The notes below the pieces were generated by a model. The model made no database searches and was not told where the DNA came from. It worked only from the letters and a program-made list of their open reading frames with translations. From an uncultured Chlamydiae bacterium (GTDB lineage: Bacteria; Chlamydiota; Chlamydiia; Chlamydiales; SM23-39): a stretch of 64,000 bases of DNA. The translations under genes and the position numbers were made by a program. This document shows, piece by piece, positions 10,612-20,797 of this stretch (positions are counted from its first letter, which is position 1; each line of letters opens with the position of its first letter). Location: the NCBI GenBank assembly GCA_963730605.1, contig CAVSSM010000002.1, positions 320,001-384,000 of the forward strand, given 5' to 3'.

Positions 10612-11748
10612 ATGTATACCCTGGACCGCAAGGAACGTCAGGAACTCGACCGATTATATCGTCGTTTCGAGCAAGCGTCAAAGGAGATGGTCGGCTATCC
10701 CATCTCTCTATTTTTCGATTATTCCAAACTTTTCCGCTTCTTAAAATTCCACATTAACAATTTAGGAGACCCGTTCCTGCGCAGTTGGCACTACAGGACA
10801 AACACCTTGGAGATAGAAAAAAAGGTGATCACCCGCTTTGCCGAGCTCTTCCATGCGCCCAAGAATCACTTCTGGGGCTATGTGACCAATGGCGGGACCG
10901 AAGGGAACATGTACGGCCTTTACGTCGCCAGGGAAATGTACCCAAATGGCGTGGTCTACTATTCGGACCAGACTCACTACAGCGTCCCTAAGGTTCTGAA
11001 ACTTTTGAAGATGCCGGGAGTCAAAATCAAGAGCGACGAGAAGGGCGAATTGGATTATGTGGCCCTCCAGAATGCTTTGGATGAAAATACCCCGATCATT
11101 TTAGCCAATATCGGGACCACCATGAAAGGGGCGGTGGACGATATCGTCAAGATCAAGGAGATTCTCTCCGATTTGAAGATCAAGAAATACTACATTCACT
11201 GCGACGCGGCTTTTTTTGGCATGATCCTTCCTTTTTTGCCCAAATTGGAAGCGCAGCCGTTCGACTTCCGGACAGGCATCGATAGCATCGCGATCAGCGG
11301 CCACAAAATGATCGGCACTCCGATTCCTTGCGGCGTTTGCCTTTGCAAAAAATCGAACATGAAAAATATCGGCTCCTACATCGAGTATACGGGAGCCAAG
11401 GACAATACCATTACGGGATCGCGAAATGGGCTCAGTCCCTTATTCCTCTGGCATGAATTGAACTCTCTAAAGGACGGAAAGTTCGAGAAATTAATCCGGC
11501 ATTGCATCGAGTTGGCCGGCTATGCCATCCAGAAGTTCCATGAAGTTGGCGTTCGGGCTTGGCGCAATAAAAATTCGATCATCGTCATCTTTCCTAAGCC
11601 CTCCGAGAAACTCATCCGAAAATGGCAGCTTGCCTTCGAAGGAGACCTCTCACACCTCGTCGCTTTGCCCCACCTGACTCATAAGCTCATCGATGGACTC
11701 GTCGCTCAAATTGCAGCCGATTTGAAAAAGAAACGCGTCAGGCGATGA
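10612..11748 (+). CDS. hdc: PLP-dependent histidine decarboxylase (group II; serine decarboxylase not excluded)
   Basis: NNLGDP, GYVTNGGTEGN, HYS, HCDAA, SGHK (PLP lysine), GSRNG. Confidence 0.85.
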   Translation: MYTLDRKERQELDRLYRRFEQASKEMVGYPISLFFDYSKLFRFLKFHINNLGDPFLRSWHYRTNTLEIEKKVITRFAELFHAPKNHFWGYVTNGGTEGNMYGLYVAREMYPNGVVYYSDQTHYSVPKVLKLLKMPGVKIKSDEKGELDYVALQNALDENTPIILANIGTTMKGAVDDIVKIKEILSDLKIKKYYIHCDAAFFGMILPFLPKLEAQPFDFRTGIDSIAISGHKMIGTPIPCGVCLCKKSNMKNIGSYIEYTGAKDNTITGSRNGLSPLFLWHELNSLKDGKFEKLIRHCIELAGYAIQKFHEVGVRAWRNKNSIIVIFPKPSEKLIRKWQLAFEGDLSHLVALPHLTHKLIDGLVAQIAADLKKKRVRR

Positions 11749-12983
11749 ATATAACACTCACCCAAAAATCGGAAAAATCGATCATTTTTGCCGTCACCAT
11801 CGGCAATTTCCTCGAGTGGTATGAACTCTATCTCTACGTTTATTGGGCCCCCATCTTTTCGAAGCTCTTCTTTAAGTCCGATGAAGTGATAAGCCTCTTT
11901 TTCGTCTTTATGATTTTCGGCGTCGGGTTTTTGGCCCGCCCACTTGGCGGCCTTTTCTTCGGCAGGCTCGGAGACCGGATCGGACGAAGGAAGGCCCTCA
12001 TCCTCTCGGTCCTTTCCATGATCATTCCGACCTTCTGCACAGGGCTAATGCCAACGCGAACCGAGATTGGGATTGCCGCTCCGATCCTCCTGACAGTGAT
12101 GCGGATTCTCCAATCCTTCCCCGCTGGAGGCGAACTGCCCGGCGCCTTTTGCTACCTCTATGAAATCGCCCCTCCTGCCAAAAGAAGGTTCATGTGCAGT
12201 TGGTCTGGCGTGGGCTATCAATTGGGCATCCTCGTCGCAATCATCGAATGTTTCCTCATCGAATACTTCCTAACGCCTAAACATCTCTACACGTGGGGAT
12301 GGCGCGCCTCATTCATAGTCGGAGGGCTCCTCGGCTTTCTTGGCCTTATGTTGCGAAGAAGACTTCATGAAACTCCCCTTTTCCGCGAAATGGCCACGCA
12401 TGAAAAAATCGTTCGCGCTCCGCTCCAACATGTAATCGGCCACTATAAATATCCGATTCTCCTCGGCATCCTATTTTGCGCATTCAATTCCAGCGCCTTC
12501 TATTTCCTCTCCATCAACTTCCCCGTAAGTTTTAAGGAAAGCTCAACTCTTGGCCTTCTCGGCACGATCGGGATCCTACTGTTTATTACGATCCCCCTCC
12601 CTTTTCTTGGGGCTCTCGGAGACCGCTACGACAATAAAAAAATGCTGATCGGCTCGTGCAGCGCGATGCTTTTTCTCCTTGTCCCTTATTATTATCTTTC
12701 CTCGCCCCTTTGGATCCTTGCGGTCGCCCTCCTTTTCTGCTTCTTTTTTACGGTCCTCACCGCCCTGATTCCCTATATCCTCGCCGATCTCTTTCCCACC
12801 TCCGCCCGTTTCACCTGCGTCGCCTTGAGCTTCAACCTCTCCGATGCGATCATCGGTGGATTCACCCCGGCTGCCGCGCTCTACCTCATCCACGCAACTG
12901 GAAATCCTTCGGCCTTTTGCTGGATTCTCGCTATCGTAGCGCTTTTATCGCTTAGCTCCTACTTCGCGATCCGAAGAAAGTGA
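11745..12983 (+). CDS. MFS transporter, ProP/MHS family
   Basis: GNFLEWYE, RPLGGLFFGRLGDRIGRR, GGE, ETP; ATGA overlap with hdc. Confidence 0.9.
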   Translation: MNITLTQKSEKSIIFAVTIGNFLEWYELYLYVYWAPIFSKLFFKSDEVISLFFVFMIFGVGFLARPLGGLFFGRLGDRIGRRKALILSVLSMIIPTFCTGLMPTRTEIGIAAPILLTVMRILQSFPAGGELPGAFCYLYEIAPPAKRRFMCSWSGVGYQLGILVAIIECFLIEYFLTPKHLYTWGWRASFIVGGLLGFLGLMLRRRLHETPLFREMATHEKIVRAPLQHVIGHYKYPILLGILFCAFNSSAFYFLSINFPVSFKESSTLGLLGTIGILLFITIPLPFLGALGDRYDNKKMLIGSCSAMLFLLVPYYYLSSPLWILAVALLFCFFFTVLTALIPYILADLFPTSARFTCVALSFNLSDAIIGGFTPAAALYLIHATGNPSAFCWILAIVALLSLSSYFAIRRK

Positions 12984-13115
12984 AATTCTGGAAGGCCTAT
13001 GGAAAACGCCTCACGATTTGCGTTGAACTTCATCAAATAATGATTTGTCTGTTGTTCGTATTGTTTTTAATCAGAAAACCTGATATCATGATCTCATGAT
13101 TCTGTAGGAGAATTT

Positions 13116-13415
13116 ATGGAAAAAACAAAGAGAAAGAGAAGATTCGGGCGATCGCAAAAGAAGCCGGTTTTGCGGGCCAAGAGAAAGAAAACGCGGGTTA
13201 CGGTCGACTTTCTTCCGGATGAACACAAACGCCTTAAGGCAATGGCTGCCCTACAAGGAGTTACTCTTCAAGACTTGATCATCAACTGCGTCGACGAGAA
13301 GATGCACAAGCCGAACGCCAAGACGGTAGAGATCATCCGCAAAGCAGAAAGAGGCGAAGACTTAGTAGAATGCAAAGACATCGAAGACTTCATTAAAAAG
13401 ATGGGTTTAAATTGA
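13116..13415 (+). CDS. RHH antitoxin (DinJ/RelB-like)
   Basis: RVTVDF..EHKRLKAMAA RHH pattern, C-terminal PNAKTVEII, overlaps a YafQ-type gene. Confidence 0.75.
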   Translation: MEKTKRKRRFGRSQKKPVLRAKRKKTRVTVDFLPDEHKRLKAMAALQGVTLQDLIINCVDEKMHKPNAKTVEIIRKAERGEDLVECKDIEDFIKKMGLN

Positions 13416-13678
13416 AGACAATTGTATTTACTAATGAATTTAAAAAATAATTTAAATTAACCAAGAAGAGGGATAAGAAGGAAGAGAAGCTTCTAGCTAT
13501 TGTCCGTCTCTTGCAGAATGAGGAAAAGATTCCTGAAAGACACCGACTACATGTTCTTGTCGGCGACTTCAAAGGCTGCCACGAGCTTCATATTGAGCCA
13601 GACTGGTTGTTAATCTTCAAAGAGACTGGCAATTCGATCATTTTACTAAGAACCGGAACGCATTCTGACCTGTTCTAG
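13412..13678 (+). pseudogene. yafQ: YafQ-family mRNA interferase toxin with in-frame TAA at codon 13
   Basis: Manual translation LKTIVFTNEFKK*FKLTKKR...ELHIEPDWLLIF...LLRTGTHSDLF; stop at 13448-13450. Confidence 0.88.
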
Positions 13679-13733
13679 ATATCTAAATCCTTAAATTTCA
13701 TACGTAGGATAATTATGAGTTAGCCAAGTCTAC

Positions 13734-13995
13734 TCAACCTGTCATGAACTCGAGGAGGCGCTCCCCTTCGATATATCCTGCAAACACCTGAGCCGTCAGG
13801 AAATACTGTCCGGTTGCCAAGTTCATAGAGATCCCCGTCCCCGTTTTCGCATACACCTTGCCCACAGCCGTTGTCCCCTTCCCAAAGTCTTGCAAGAAGC
13901 CATCAACGCCAAGGACAGGCAGCCCTTTGAAAAATTTTTGGAACTTTGCTTTTGGCCATTTTCTCACGTATTCGAGCAATCTGACCTCCGCCTGG
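13734..13995 (-). pseudogene. dacB: C-terminal fragment of D-Ala-D-Ala carboxypeptidase/endopeptidase PBP4 (S13)
   Basis: LPVLGVDG.L and AKTGT (KTG triad), AGYI. Confidence 0.8.
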
Positions 13996-14254
13996 CTGCG
14001 CGCGGCTTGAAAGTTGGAATTATGCATGGACGCCTCGAACGCGGCGTTTCTCTATGAGAGGGCTATGTCAAGAGATTTGTCATGCAAATTCCCTGGCAAC
14101 TTATGTTAGGTTCGTGGACAATTTCTTAGGATTTTAAAAAGATTAATGAGATGCGTACAATTTATTTTTCAAAAAATTATTTCATTTTTTATTTTATACA
14201 AATGCTATATAACGTGTTTGCTGATTAAGAATTATATTTATTGCTAGGGAATCG

Positions 14255-16612
14255 ATGACAACCTCAATTTTAAACGCTGCTGCAGCTCTGGCTGCCTCAA
14301 CATCCTTCGGAGATCACTTTTCCGCTTCATTTACTGCACGTTCGCCAATCCAGAATCTTGCCGTCTCGGTCATGAAAATCTTCGTTTCGACACTTTTAGT
14401 CGCTCCCAAAGTCGCAGCAATTCCCTATCCAGATTTTTACTCAGAATGTATGATGATTGATGATACCGAGCCAGGCTATCGAAGCTATCCCAGCTATCCA
14501 GCATGCCTATCGTCCAACTATCTAAATTGTAGGTCATTCGACTGCTTTGATTTGGATGAAAAATTCTTAAGATACGAGGAAAAAAGAGTAATCGAAGCGC
14601 TCGATACAGCCAATTCTCCACTCCAAATCTCTGAAGCTCAAGAATATTTCCGATTACGAAGCGATGATACCCGAGAAAAAGCCATCGTTCTTTCAACTAG
14701 TCCTTCGATGGGAATTGATCCTTGGGACCTGAGCAATATACTCCTACAACTTAATAAAAAATTGGATCTACAGTATGCTCTATTTTCATCTGTCAAAGAG
14801 ATGTGCGAGATAATAGAGGAAGGCGCAAAAACCGGAAAATTAGTAAATATTTATGTCGCTGCATTCAATGAAGACAGCCTTTCGACGGTACTAGATCCGG
14901 GTATACCTTACCTCAAGAGCTGCTTTAAAGGTCTGCAAGATTCGGGAAAAATTGTATTATTGGGATTTGATTGTGGATCTCCAAAGAACGGGGATCCATA
15001 TGACAATATCGCTCAGACCATTGCTGTCGTTGGACAGAAGGCCGTGGTTGCTTTTGACAGTAATAATGATCAGGCACTGATTGATCTCATCGAAACAATA
15101 AATCCATTTGCAATATCTGGGTCGTCCCCAAACAATCCTCAAAAAGGTATCTTTAAAATTTTCTACCCTGATTGCGATGCAACAACAAAATCTACTTCTT
15201 CAAATCCAAATTGCATCTGCCCACCATGCCTTGACCTCGATGAACAAAAGCTGCATCCAAGAGAGCGCATGGCGATGCAAATCCTATCCGTTGGCCAACA
15301 GCCTTTTAAAGAAACGCAGGAAGCGCTGCGATTGCAACGAGACGACAAAAGAGATAAACTACTTTTTCTCGTTGCACCTCCTAGCACTGATAAAGATAAA
15401 TATGGGAACGATAAAAACGTTTTAATTCCTCCGCATATTATCCCTTTACTAAAAGGAATAAATCAAAGATACGACATGAAGTATAAGATTATTTTTTCAT
15501 ACGATGAAGTATGCAAAGAGATAAAGGATGCTGCTAAAGTTGGAAGATTACCCAATGTGGTGATTGAAGGTCACGGCATCCCTAGAGGAACCTGTTTGGC
15601 AAACGAATGTAAATCATGGAATGATTGGTTGAGCGATTTCAATTCTGACCTTTCCTCTTGCTTTGATGGTTTGCAGCCATCTGGAAGAATCGCTTTAATT
15701 AGCTGTAATGTGGGGGCTCCTGAAGGGGACGACGTTTATAATAATTTTGCCCACCGCCTTGCCGAAAAAACAAAAGGAACTGTTCTCGCAGCCAGATCTT
15801 TTGTTTCTCCTGGTTTTGTGCATTTGCTATCGGAAGATCCCCTGATGCTATATCACTCATCGGAACCCCATCCGTCTCGAGATATCCCAGATTCCAATAT
15901 TTTTAGAATCTTTCAATCTCACTATCCTACTTGCTCCAACATGGAATGGAATAAATTACACGACCGGGAACTTGTCGCAATTGAAGCAATCAATGAGTAT
16001 TACAAATCTCGATCGCTTATGCCATTCTCTCCTGATTGGGCAAAATCCCAAGAGCATGTCCGGCTTTGCAAAGAAGATCCCAAAGATAAATTGCTTTTTC
16101 TCTCCACCGCTTATGATCCTAATAAACAGATGGATCCTCGTTTAAATCCAGAGTTTTTTGGTCGAATCGCTGATAAATTCGATTGGAAATATAAAGTTGT
16201 TAAAAAAGCCAATGACATCTGCGATGAAATCACCAAGGCTTCCAAACTTGGGAAATTAAGAGCGGTAATCCTTCAAGGATATTACGATCCAACGCCAGAA
16301 AATCGCTTGGTTTTATGGAGAGAAACAGACCCAGGGGATCCGTCTAAGAAAGAAGAGCTTGTTTTAAACAAGATAGAGCATTCCTGCGTTTCTGCATTGG
16401 ATCCATCAAGCGCTATTTTTCTTCTTTCTGCAAATCAAAAGTTTGATTTCAACACAATCCAGGAAGTTGCGAATGAAATACGAAGGACTATAGTTGCTTC
16501 AGATACTTATATCCCATTCAATCAACAAAAAATTCGATCCTTCGAACCATTTGCATTAACCTCAAGCGCATCCCAATCTAAGCATGATTTTCGAGAATTT
16601 TATCCATACTAA
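14255..16612 (+). CDS. Cys-rich protein with three tandem putative caspase-fold (clan CD/DUF4347-like) domains
   Basis: Three repeats (CxDLDE/CSNMEW...DKLLFL...C.EI...K.G.L...IF.IF); middle copy has IEGHG and LISC. Confidence 0.65.
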   Translation: MTTSILNAAAALAASTSFGDHFSASFTARSPIQNLAVSVMKIFVSTLLVAPKVAAIPYPDFYSECMMIDDTEPGYRSYPSYPACLSSNYLNCRSFDCFDLDEKFLRYEEKRVIEALDTANSPLQISEAQEYFRLRSDDTREKAIVLSTSPSMGIDPWDLSNILLQLNKKLDLQYALFSSVKEMCEIIEEGAKTGKLVNIYVAAFNEDSLSTVLDPGIPYLKSCFKGLQDSGKIVLLGFDCGSPKNGDPYDNIAQTIAVVGQKAVVAFDSNNDQALIDLIETINPFAISGSSPNNPQKGIFKIFYPDCDATTKSTSSNPNCICPPCLDLDEQKLHPRERMAMQILSVGQQPFKETQEALRLQRDDKRDKLLFLVAPPSTDKDKYGNDKNVLIPPHIIPLLKGINQRYDMKYKIIFSYDEVCKEIKDAAKVGRLPNVVIEGHGIPRGTCLANECKSWNDWLSDFNSDLSSCFDGLQPSGRIALISCNVGAPEGDDVYNNFAHRLAEKTKGTVLAARSFVSPGFVHLLSEDPLMLYHSSEPHPSRDIPDSNIFRIFQSHYPTCSNMEWNKLHDRELVAIEAINEYYKSRSLMPFSPDWAKSQEHVRLCKEDPKDKLLFLSTAYDPNKQMDPRLNPEFFGRIADKFDWKYKVVKKANDICDEITKASKLGKLRAVILQGYYDPTPENRLVLWRETDPGDPSKKEELVLNKIEHSCVSALDPSSAIFLLSANQKFDFNTIQEVANEIRRTIVASDTYIPFNQQKIRSFEPFALTSSASQSKHDFREFYPY

Positions 16613-16626
16613 AATAAAGGCGACTT

Positions 16627-17988
16627 ATGACAGCGATTCATCGCTCAAAAGGAACTACAGCATTTCCTCTTCAAAACAAGGTCAATGCGTCTCAGACGAA
16701 TCGATTGAAGCCAATTGCAACCAGGCCGGCTTGGATGAAAGCGGCTCTTGGGATCATGAGCCTTGTGGGGGGTGCAATCATCTCATATGCCGTCATAAGC
16801 TCTACTTCCAATATACCAAAAAAACATGCACCGCCTCCACATGTGCCGCCTCCAGTTATTATCCCAGATATTACCACCTGTAAAGCATGCCTTCCTTTAA
16901 TGAGCGATTTTTCGAAAAATCTTTTAACTAAATTGGCTTCATCAGATCATAGTTCCTGGATTTCACCGCTTACTGTGATGGCCGTTACCGGCATGTTATT
17001 TGCAGGAGCTTCGGATAACACAAAAAATCTTATAGCCCAGAAATTAAAACCAAATGAAATAAACGAACAAGATTTTATTTCTTGTTTAGGAAAAATCTCA
17101 CGTCAATTAGATGGAACGAATGACATTATTAAACCGGAAGGTCTTGTCATCAATCAATCTTTTTTGGGTCTCATTCAAAATGATTATAACTTAAAACAAA
17201 CAGATAATGCTGATCAAGAAATCCACGAATTAATTGCAAAAATATCAGATGATCAGTTTGATCCTCTTGCAAATAACCTCTCTTTCATTTTACAGTCAAA
17301 AAACGAATTTAAAGCATCATGGGCGGCGCCTTTTAAACCTGAGCATACGATCCAAAAGTCTTTTGATTTTGGGAGCGGAAAATCAGAAACTGTTTGGATG
17401 ATGCGCCAAATCAATCATTTTGACTATTACGAAGAGAAAGACGATTTTAAATTAGTCCGAATTCCCTATCAGTCAAAAAATGGAAGAAATTTTTATAAAT
17501 TGATCTTTTTACCCAACAACGCCGAAAGATTGAGCGATCTTGAAAGCCGTTTGAGTATGGAGTTTATTAAAGATTGTTTGAAAAAACTTCAATCTCAGCG
17601 GGTCGAACTCATGATTCCTAAACTTCACATTGAAAAAACCTACAAGCTCAAAAAAGCTTTTCATGAAATGCAGTTGCTGGCGGATGTTGGCTTTTCAAAA
17701 ATTGTGCCAGGTGCATTCTTAAAAGAAATTTTCCATAAAACCATCTTGAAAGAGGATGAGAGTGGGTCCTCTGCCGCCTCTCGAACAATTGCTCTCATGT
17801 ACGTCATATCCAGCGAACACAATCCTTTTGAACCAGCTCCTTTACCTTTTCATGCCGATCACAGCTTCCATCAAGTGATTATAGAAGGGGAAGATTTGAT
17901 TCTTTTCCGTGGAAGTGTTGCGGATTCTTCTGCTTTTCCCAAGGGTAACTATTCACATCCCCCTCCTTCGTCGGGGGATGGAAAATAA
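16627..17988 (+). CDS. Serpin with N-terminal TM anchor and Pro-rich linker
   Basis: ISPLTV, FKASWAAPF, VWMMRQ, RIPY, IFLP, IPKL, hinge EDESGSSAASRT, FHADHSF, ILFRGSV. Confidence 0.9.
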   Translation: MTAIHRSKGTTAFPLQNKVNASQTNRLKPIATRPAWMKAALGIMSLVGGAIISYAVISSTSNIPKKHAPPPHVPPPVIIPDITTCKACLPLMSDFSKNLLTKLASSDHSSWISPLTVMAVTGMLFAGASDNTKNLIAQKLKPNEINEQDFISCLGKISRQLDGTNDIIKPEGLVINQSFLGLIQNDYNLKQTDNADQEIHELIAKISDDQFDPLANNLSFILQSKNEFKASWAAPFKPEHTIQKSFDFGSGKSETVWMMRQINHFDYYEEKDDFKLVRIPYQSKNGRNFYKLIFLPNNAERLSDLESRLSMEFIKDCLKKLQSQRVELMIPKLHIEKTYKLKKAFHEMQLLADVGFSKIVPGAFLKEIFHKTILKEDESGSSAASRTIALMYVISSEHNPFEPAPLPFHADHSFHQVIIEGEDLILFRGSVADSSAFPKGNYSHPPPSSGDGK

Positions 17989-18063
17989 GAACTATAGTAT
18001 TTGTTCAGGGGGTATAGCAAATTTTTTAGGTGAATATTCGCCAACATGCTAAGCTAGAACAGC

Positions 18064-19302
18064 ATGAACGCCAGTTACGAAGAGCTGCTCACAGAAATTC
18101 GATTGCTCCGTAGTGAGGTGGCCTCGCTCAAGGTCGAAAACTTCAGACTACGTGAAGAAAATGCCCGTTTGAAAGAACAGATCGACCTCAATTCCAAAAA
18201 CAGTTCCAAGCCACCCTCAACGGACCAAAAAGGCAAGAATGATGCCCCCAAGAAAAAAGATGGGGCAAAGCTTGGTCACCCCGGCCATTTTCGTCCCCTG
18301 TTCTCAGCAGCTCAAGTTGATGCCTTTGTCAACCTACGAGCAGAAAATTGCCCATCCTGTGGAGAAGCAGTGCAGCCATCAGGTGAACCACCCTCGGTTC
18401 ACCAACAAGTGGAAATAGCCCCTAAGCCATACATCGTCACTCAATATAACCGAGAAAGCTTCTACTGCCCCTGCTGCAGAAAATATGGGGTAGCCCCACT
18501 TCCCAGCCATGTCGGCCCATCGGCATTTGGAACACGACTGTCTGCCTTCATGGGGTTCCTGACTGGTACATGCCGACTAAGCCGTCGGATTGCATTAAGC
18601 ATCCTGCAAGAAGGGCTCGATCTTCGAGCAGCAGTTGGAACCCAGAGCAATATAGAAAATCGTATGTCAGCCGCTCTTAAGCCATCGTACGAAGAGATCG
18701 AAAAGCAGGTGCATGGTAGTAACGAAACAAAACATGTTGAAGAAACAGGTTGGAAATGCTGGGGAAAACGAGCATTTGTATGGATTATGTCCACTGCATC
18801 CGGGGCCGTGTACAAGATCCAGGAAGGGAGAGGAGCCGAATGCAGAGATGCCCTATTAGGCACTACTGCAACAAAACGTGTAGCCTTCGTTACTGACAGG
18901 TTAGCAATTTATCGCTTCCAGTGGCCACATCAGTTCTGTCTTGCTCATCTCAAACGGGACATAAAGCGTTTTGCCGAGCGAGCAGGTCTCGATGGCGAGT
19001 GGGGCCAAGTGATGCTAGAATATCTCAAAACGATCTTCGAACTCTGGCGAGACTACCGGGAAAAACGGAGAAGCCGGCGTTCATTTAGACGCAAAAGCAG
19101 GCAGTACCGAGATGATTTTGCATATGGGCTACTGGTTGCATCTACGAAAGGCAAGCATAGCGCCTCCCTCAAACGGTTCGCCCGAGCTCTCTTGCGGAGG
19201 GCGCAAAATCTGTGGATTTTTGCCACTCGAGATGGCGTAGAGCCAACGAACAATCAGGCTGAAAGGGATCTAAGAGGGATCGTGATTACCCGTAGAAATT
19301 AG
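18064..19302 (+). mobile_element. IS66-family transposase, C-terminally truncated
   Basis: NSKNSSKPPSTD, CPSCG zinc finger, Q.CLAHLKR, EPTNNQAERDLR; HVEETGW instead of the usual DETGW. Confidence 0.9.
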
Positions 19303-19445
19303 CTAAGGACGATTCTACTCATGTCGAAGGTAAAAAAATGTCAAAAATTGGACTTAATCTGACACCCGTGCTATGAGCACGTAAAAAGAACCTAAATGAA
19401 AAGAGACCGAACCAGTACCGCTGGCCGGCCCCTTTTTGATTAACT

Positions 19446-19676
19446 ATGGTGTCAATCATGAATGTAACACAAAATGAAAAAGTGATCAAAAACAAATTAG
19501 GCCTACTCAACCTGGCTAGAACCCTCGGGAATGTCACCCAGGCCTGTCGTACACTGGGTTACTCCAGGGACAGCTTCTATCGATTTAAAGAACTCTACGA
19601 GAACGGTGGAGAGATCGCGCTGCAGGAGATTAGCCGCAGAAAACCATGCATGAAAAATCGTGTTGAAGAGAATATG
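19446..19676 (+). mobile_element. IS481-family transposase N-terminal fragment, cut by IS630
   Basis: [38 protein letters not shown]. Confidence 0.85.
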
Positions 19677-19678
19677 TA

Positions 19679-20795
19679 TACCCAAGGAAATTCAAAACTT
19701 GGCAGCAGGTGCCTGAAAGGGACTAAATTTATCCCTAACCCGGCTTCTTAAATCCCGGCCTAAAGTTGACTCCGCGGTCACAGTCGCCAATACAGCGAAA
19801 AAACCAAGAATCGCTCCTCTAAAGTCTTCAAAGTACTCGTAATAAGTATTGTAAACTACCCGCTCCTTCATCCATTTCCACAGTCGTTCTATCGGGTTTA
19901 GATTGGGGCTATAGGGCGGTAAAAAGTGCAAACAAACTTTTGCCGTTTCTAGGTACTGCCTCACAGCCCTATTCCGATAGTACGGTGCATTATCGCAAAA
20001 TACATGGATCTTTCGTTTACTCGGGTAAAATTCTTCGATCTTTTGGAAAAACCGGATTATCGATTCTGCGTTTAAAGTCTCGTCTTCTTGGATTACCACA
20101 CTGTGGGTGATGACATCGATGCTCCCTGAAAGATTGAGCCTGGCACGTCCTGTGTTTGCTGGGATCTCTTTACGCACGCCTTTTTTGATCCACCCATAAG
20201 CAGGCTGCACATTGTGCGTTGGATGAACGCCGTCAATAAAGCAGATAGTCTCATCCTCGAGGAGTTCTGCCTTGAGTTTCTCGTATCCGGCGAGCCACTT
20301 TTGTTGCTGCTCTTTGTTGGCTTTCCCGGGTACAACGGCGGGTTTTTTGTAGGAAAATCCGTGTCTTCGCAGCCAATCCCTCAATCCGTGGACGGTATAG
20401 ACAATACCGAAAGTCACTTCTACATATGCGACGATATCCTTGACGTAAAGGTACGTGTGTTCTTGAAGATGAGCCTCAAGTTGCTCGGACTGCGTTTGGG
20501 ATAGTTTCTCCTCGGAGCCGCCGCTTTCGGGGCGCAATTTTTTCGACGTTTTGTATGCGTCAACATGGTGACGAACTGCTTCGTCAGAAATCAACAGAAC
20601 CCTGGCAATGTCTTTGGGAGCCCACCCCTCATCATAGAGGAGAACAGCCTTTATTCGATCACGCACCCGCCCATCGCGGTCCCCCCGGTGCCGGAGTTTG
20701 AGTTCCTGTCGTTCTGAGTCGGTTAAAAAATTCACGCAGCCATTGTGCAGTCAAGGGAAATTTTCACGCATCAAAATTTTGAATCACGAGCGGTA
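19679..20795 (-). mobile_element. Second copy of the IS630 element (1117 bp), transposase 19692-20735
   Basis: Protein identical to 1485-2528; same TIRs; TA at 19677-19678 and 20796-20797. Confidence 0.97.
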
Positions 20796-20797
20796 TA

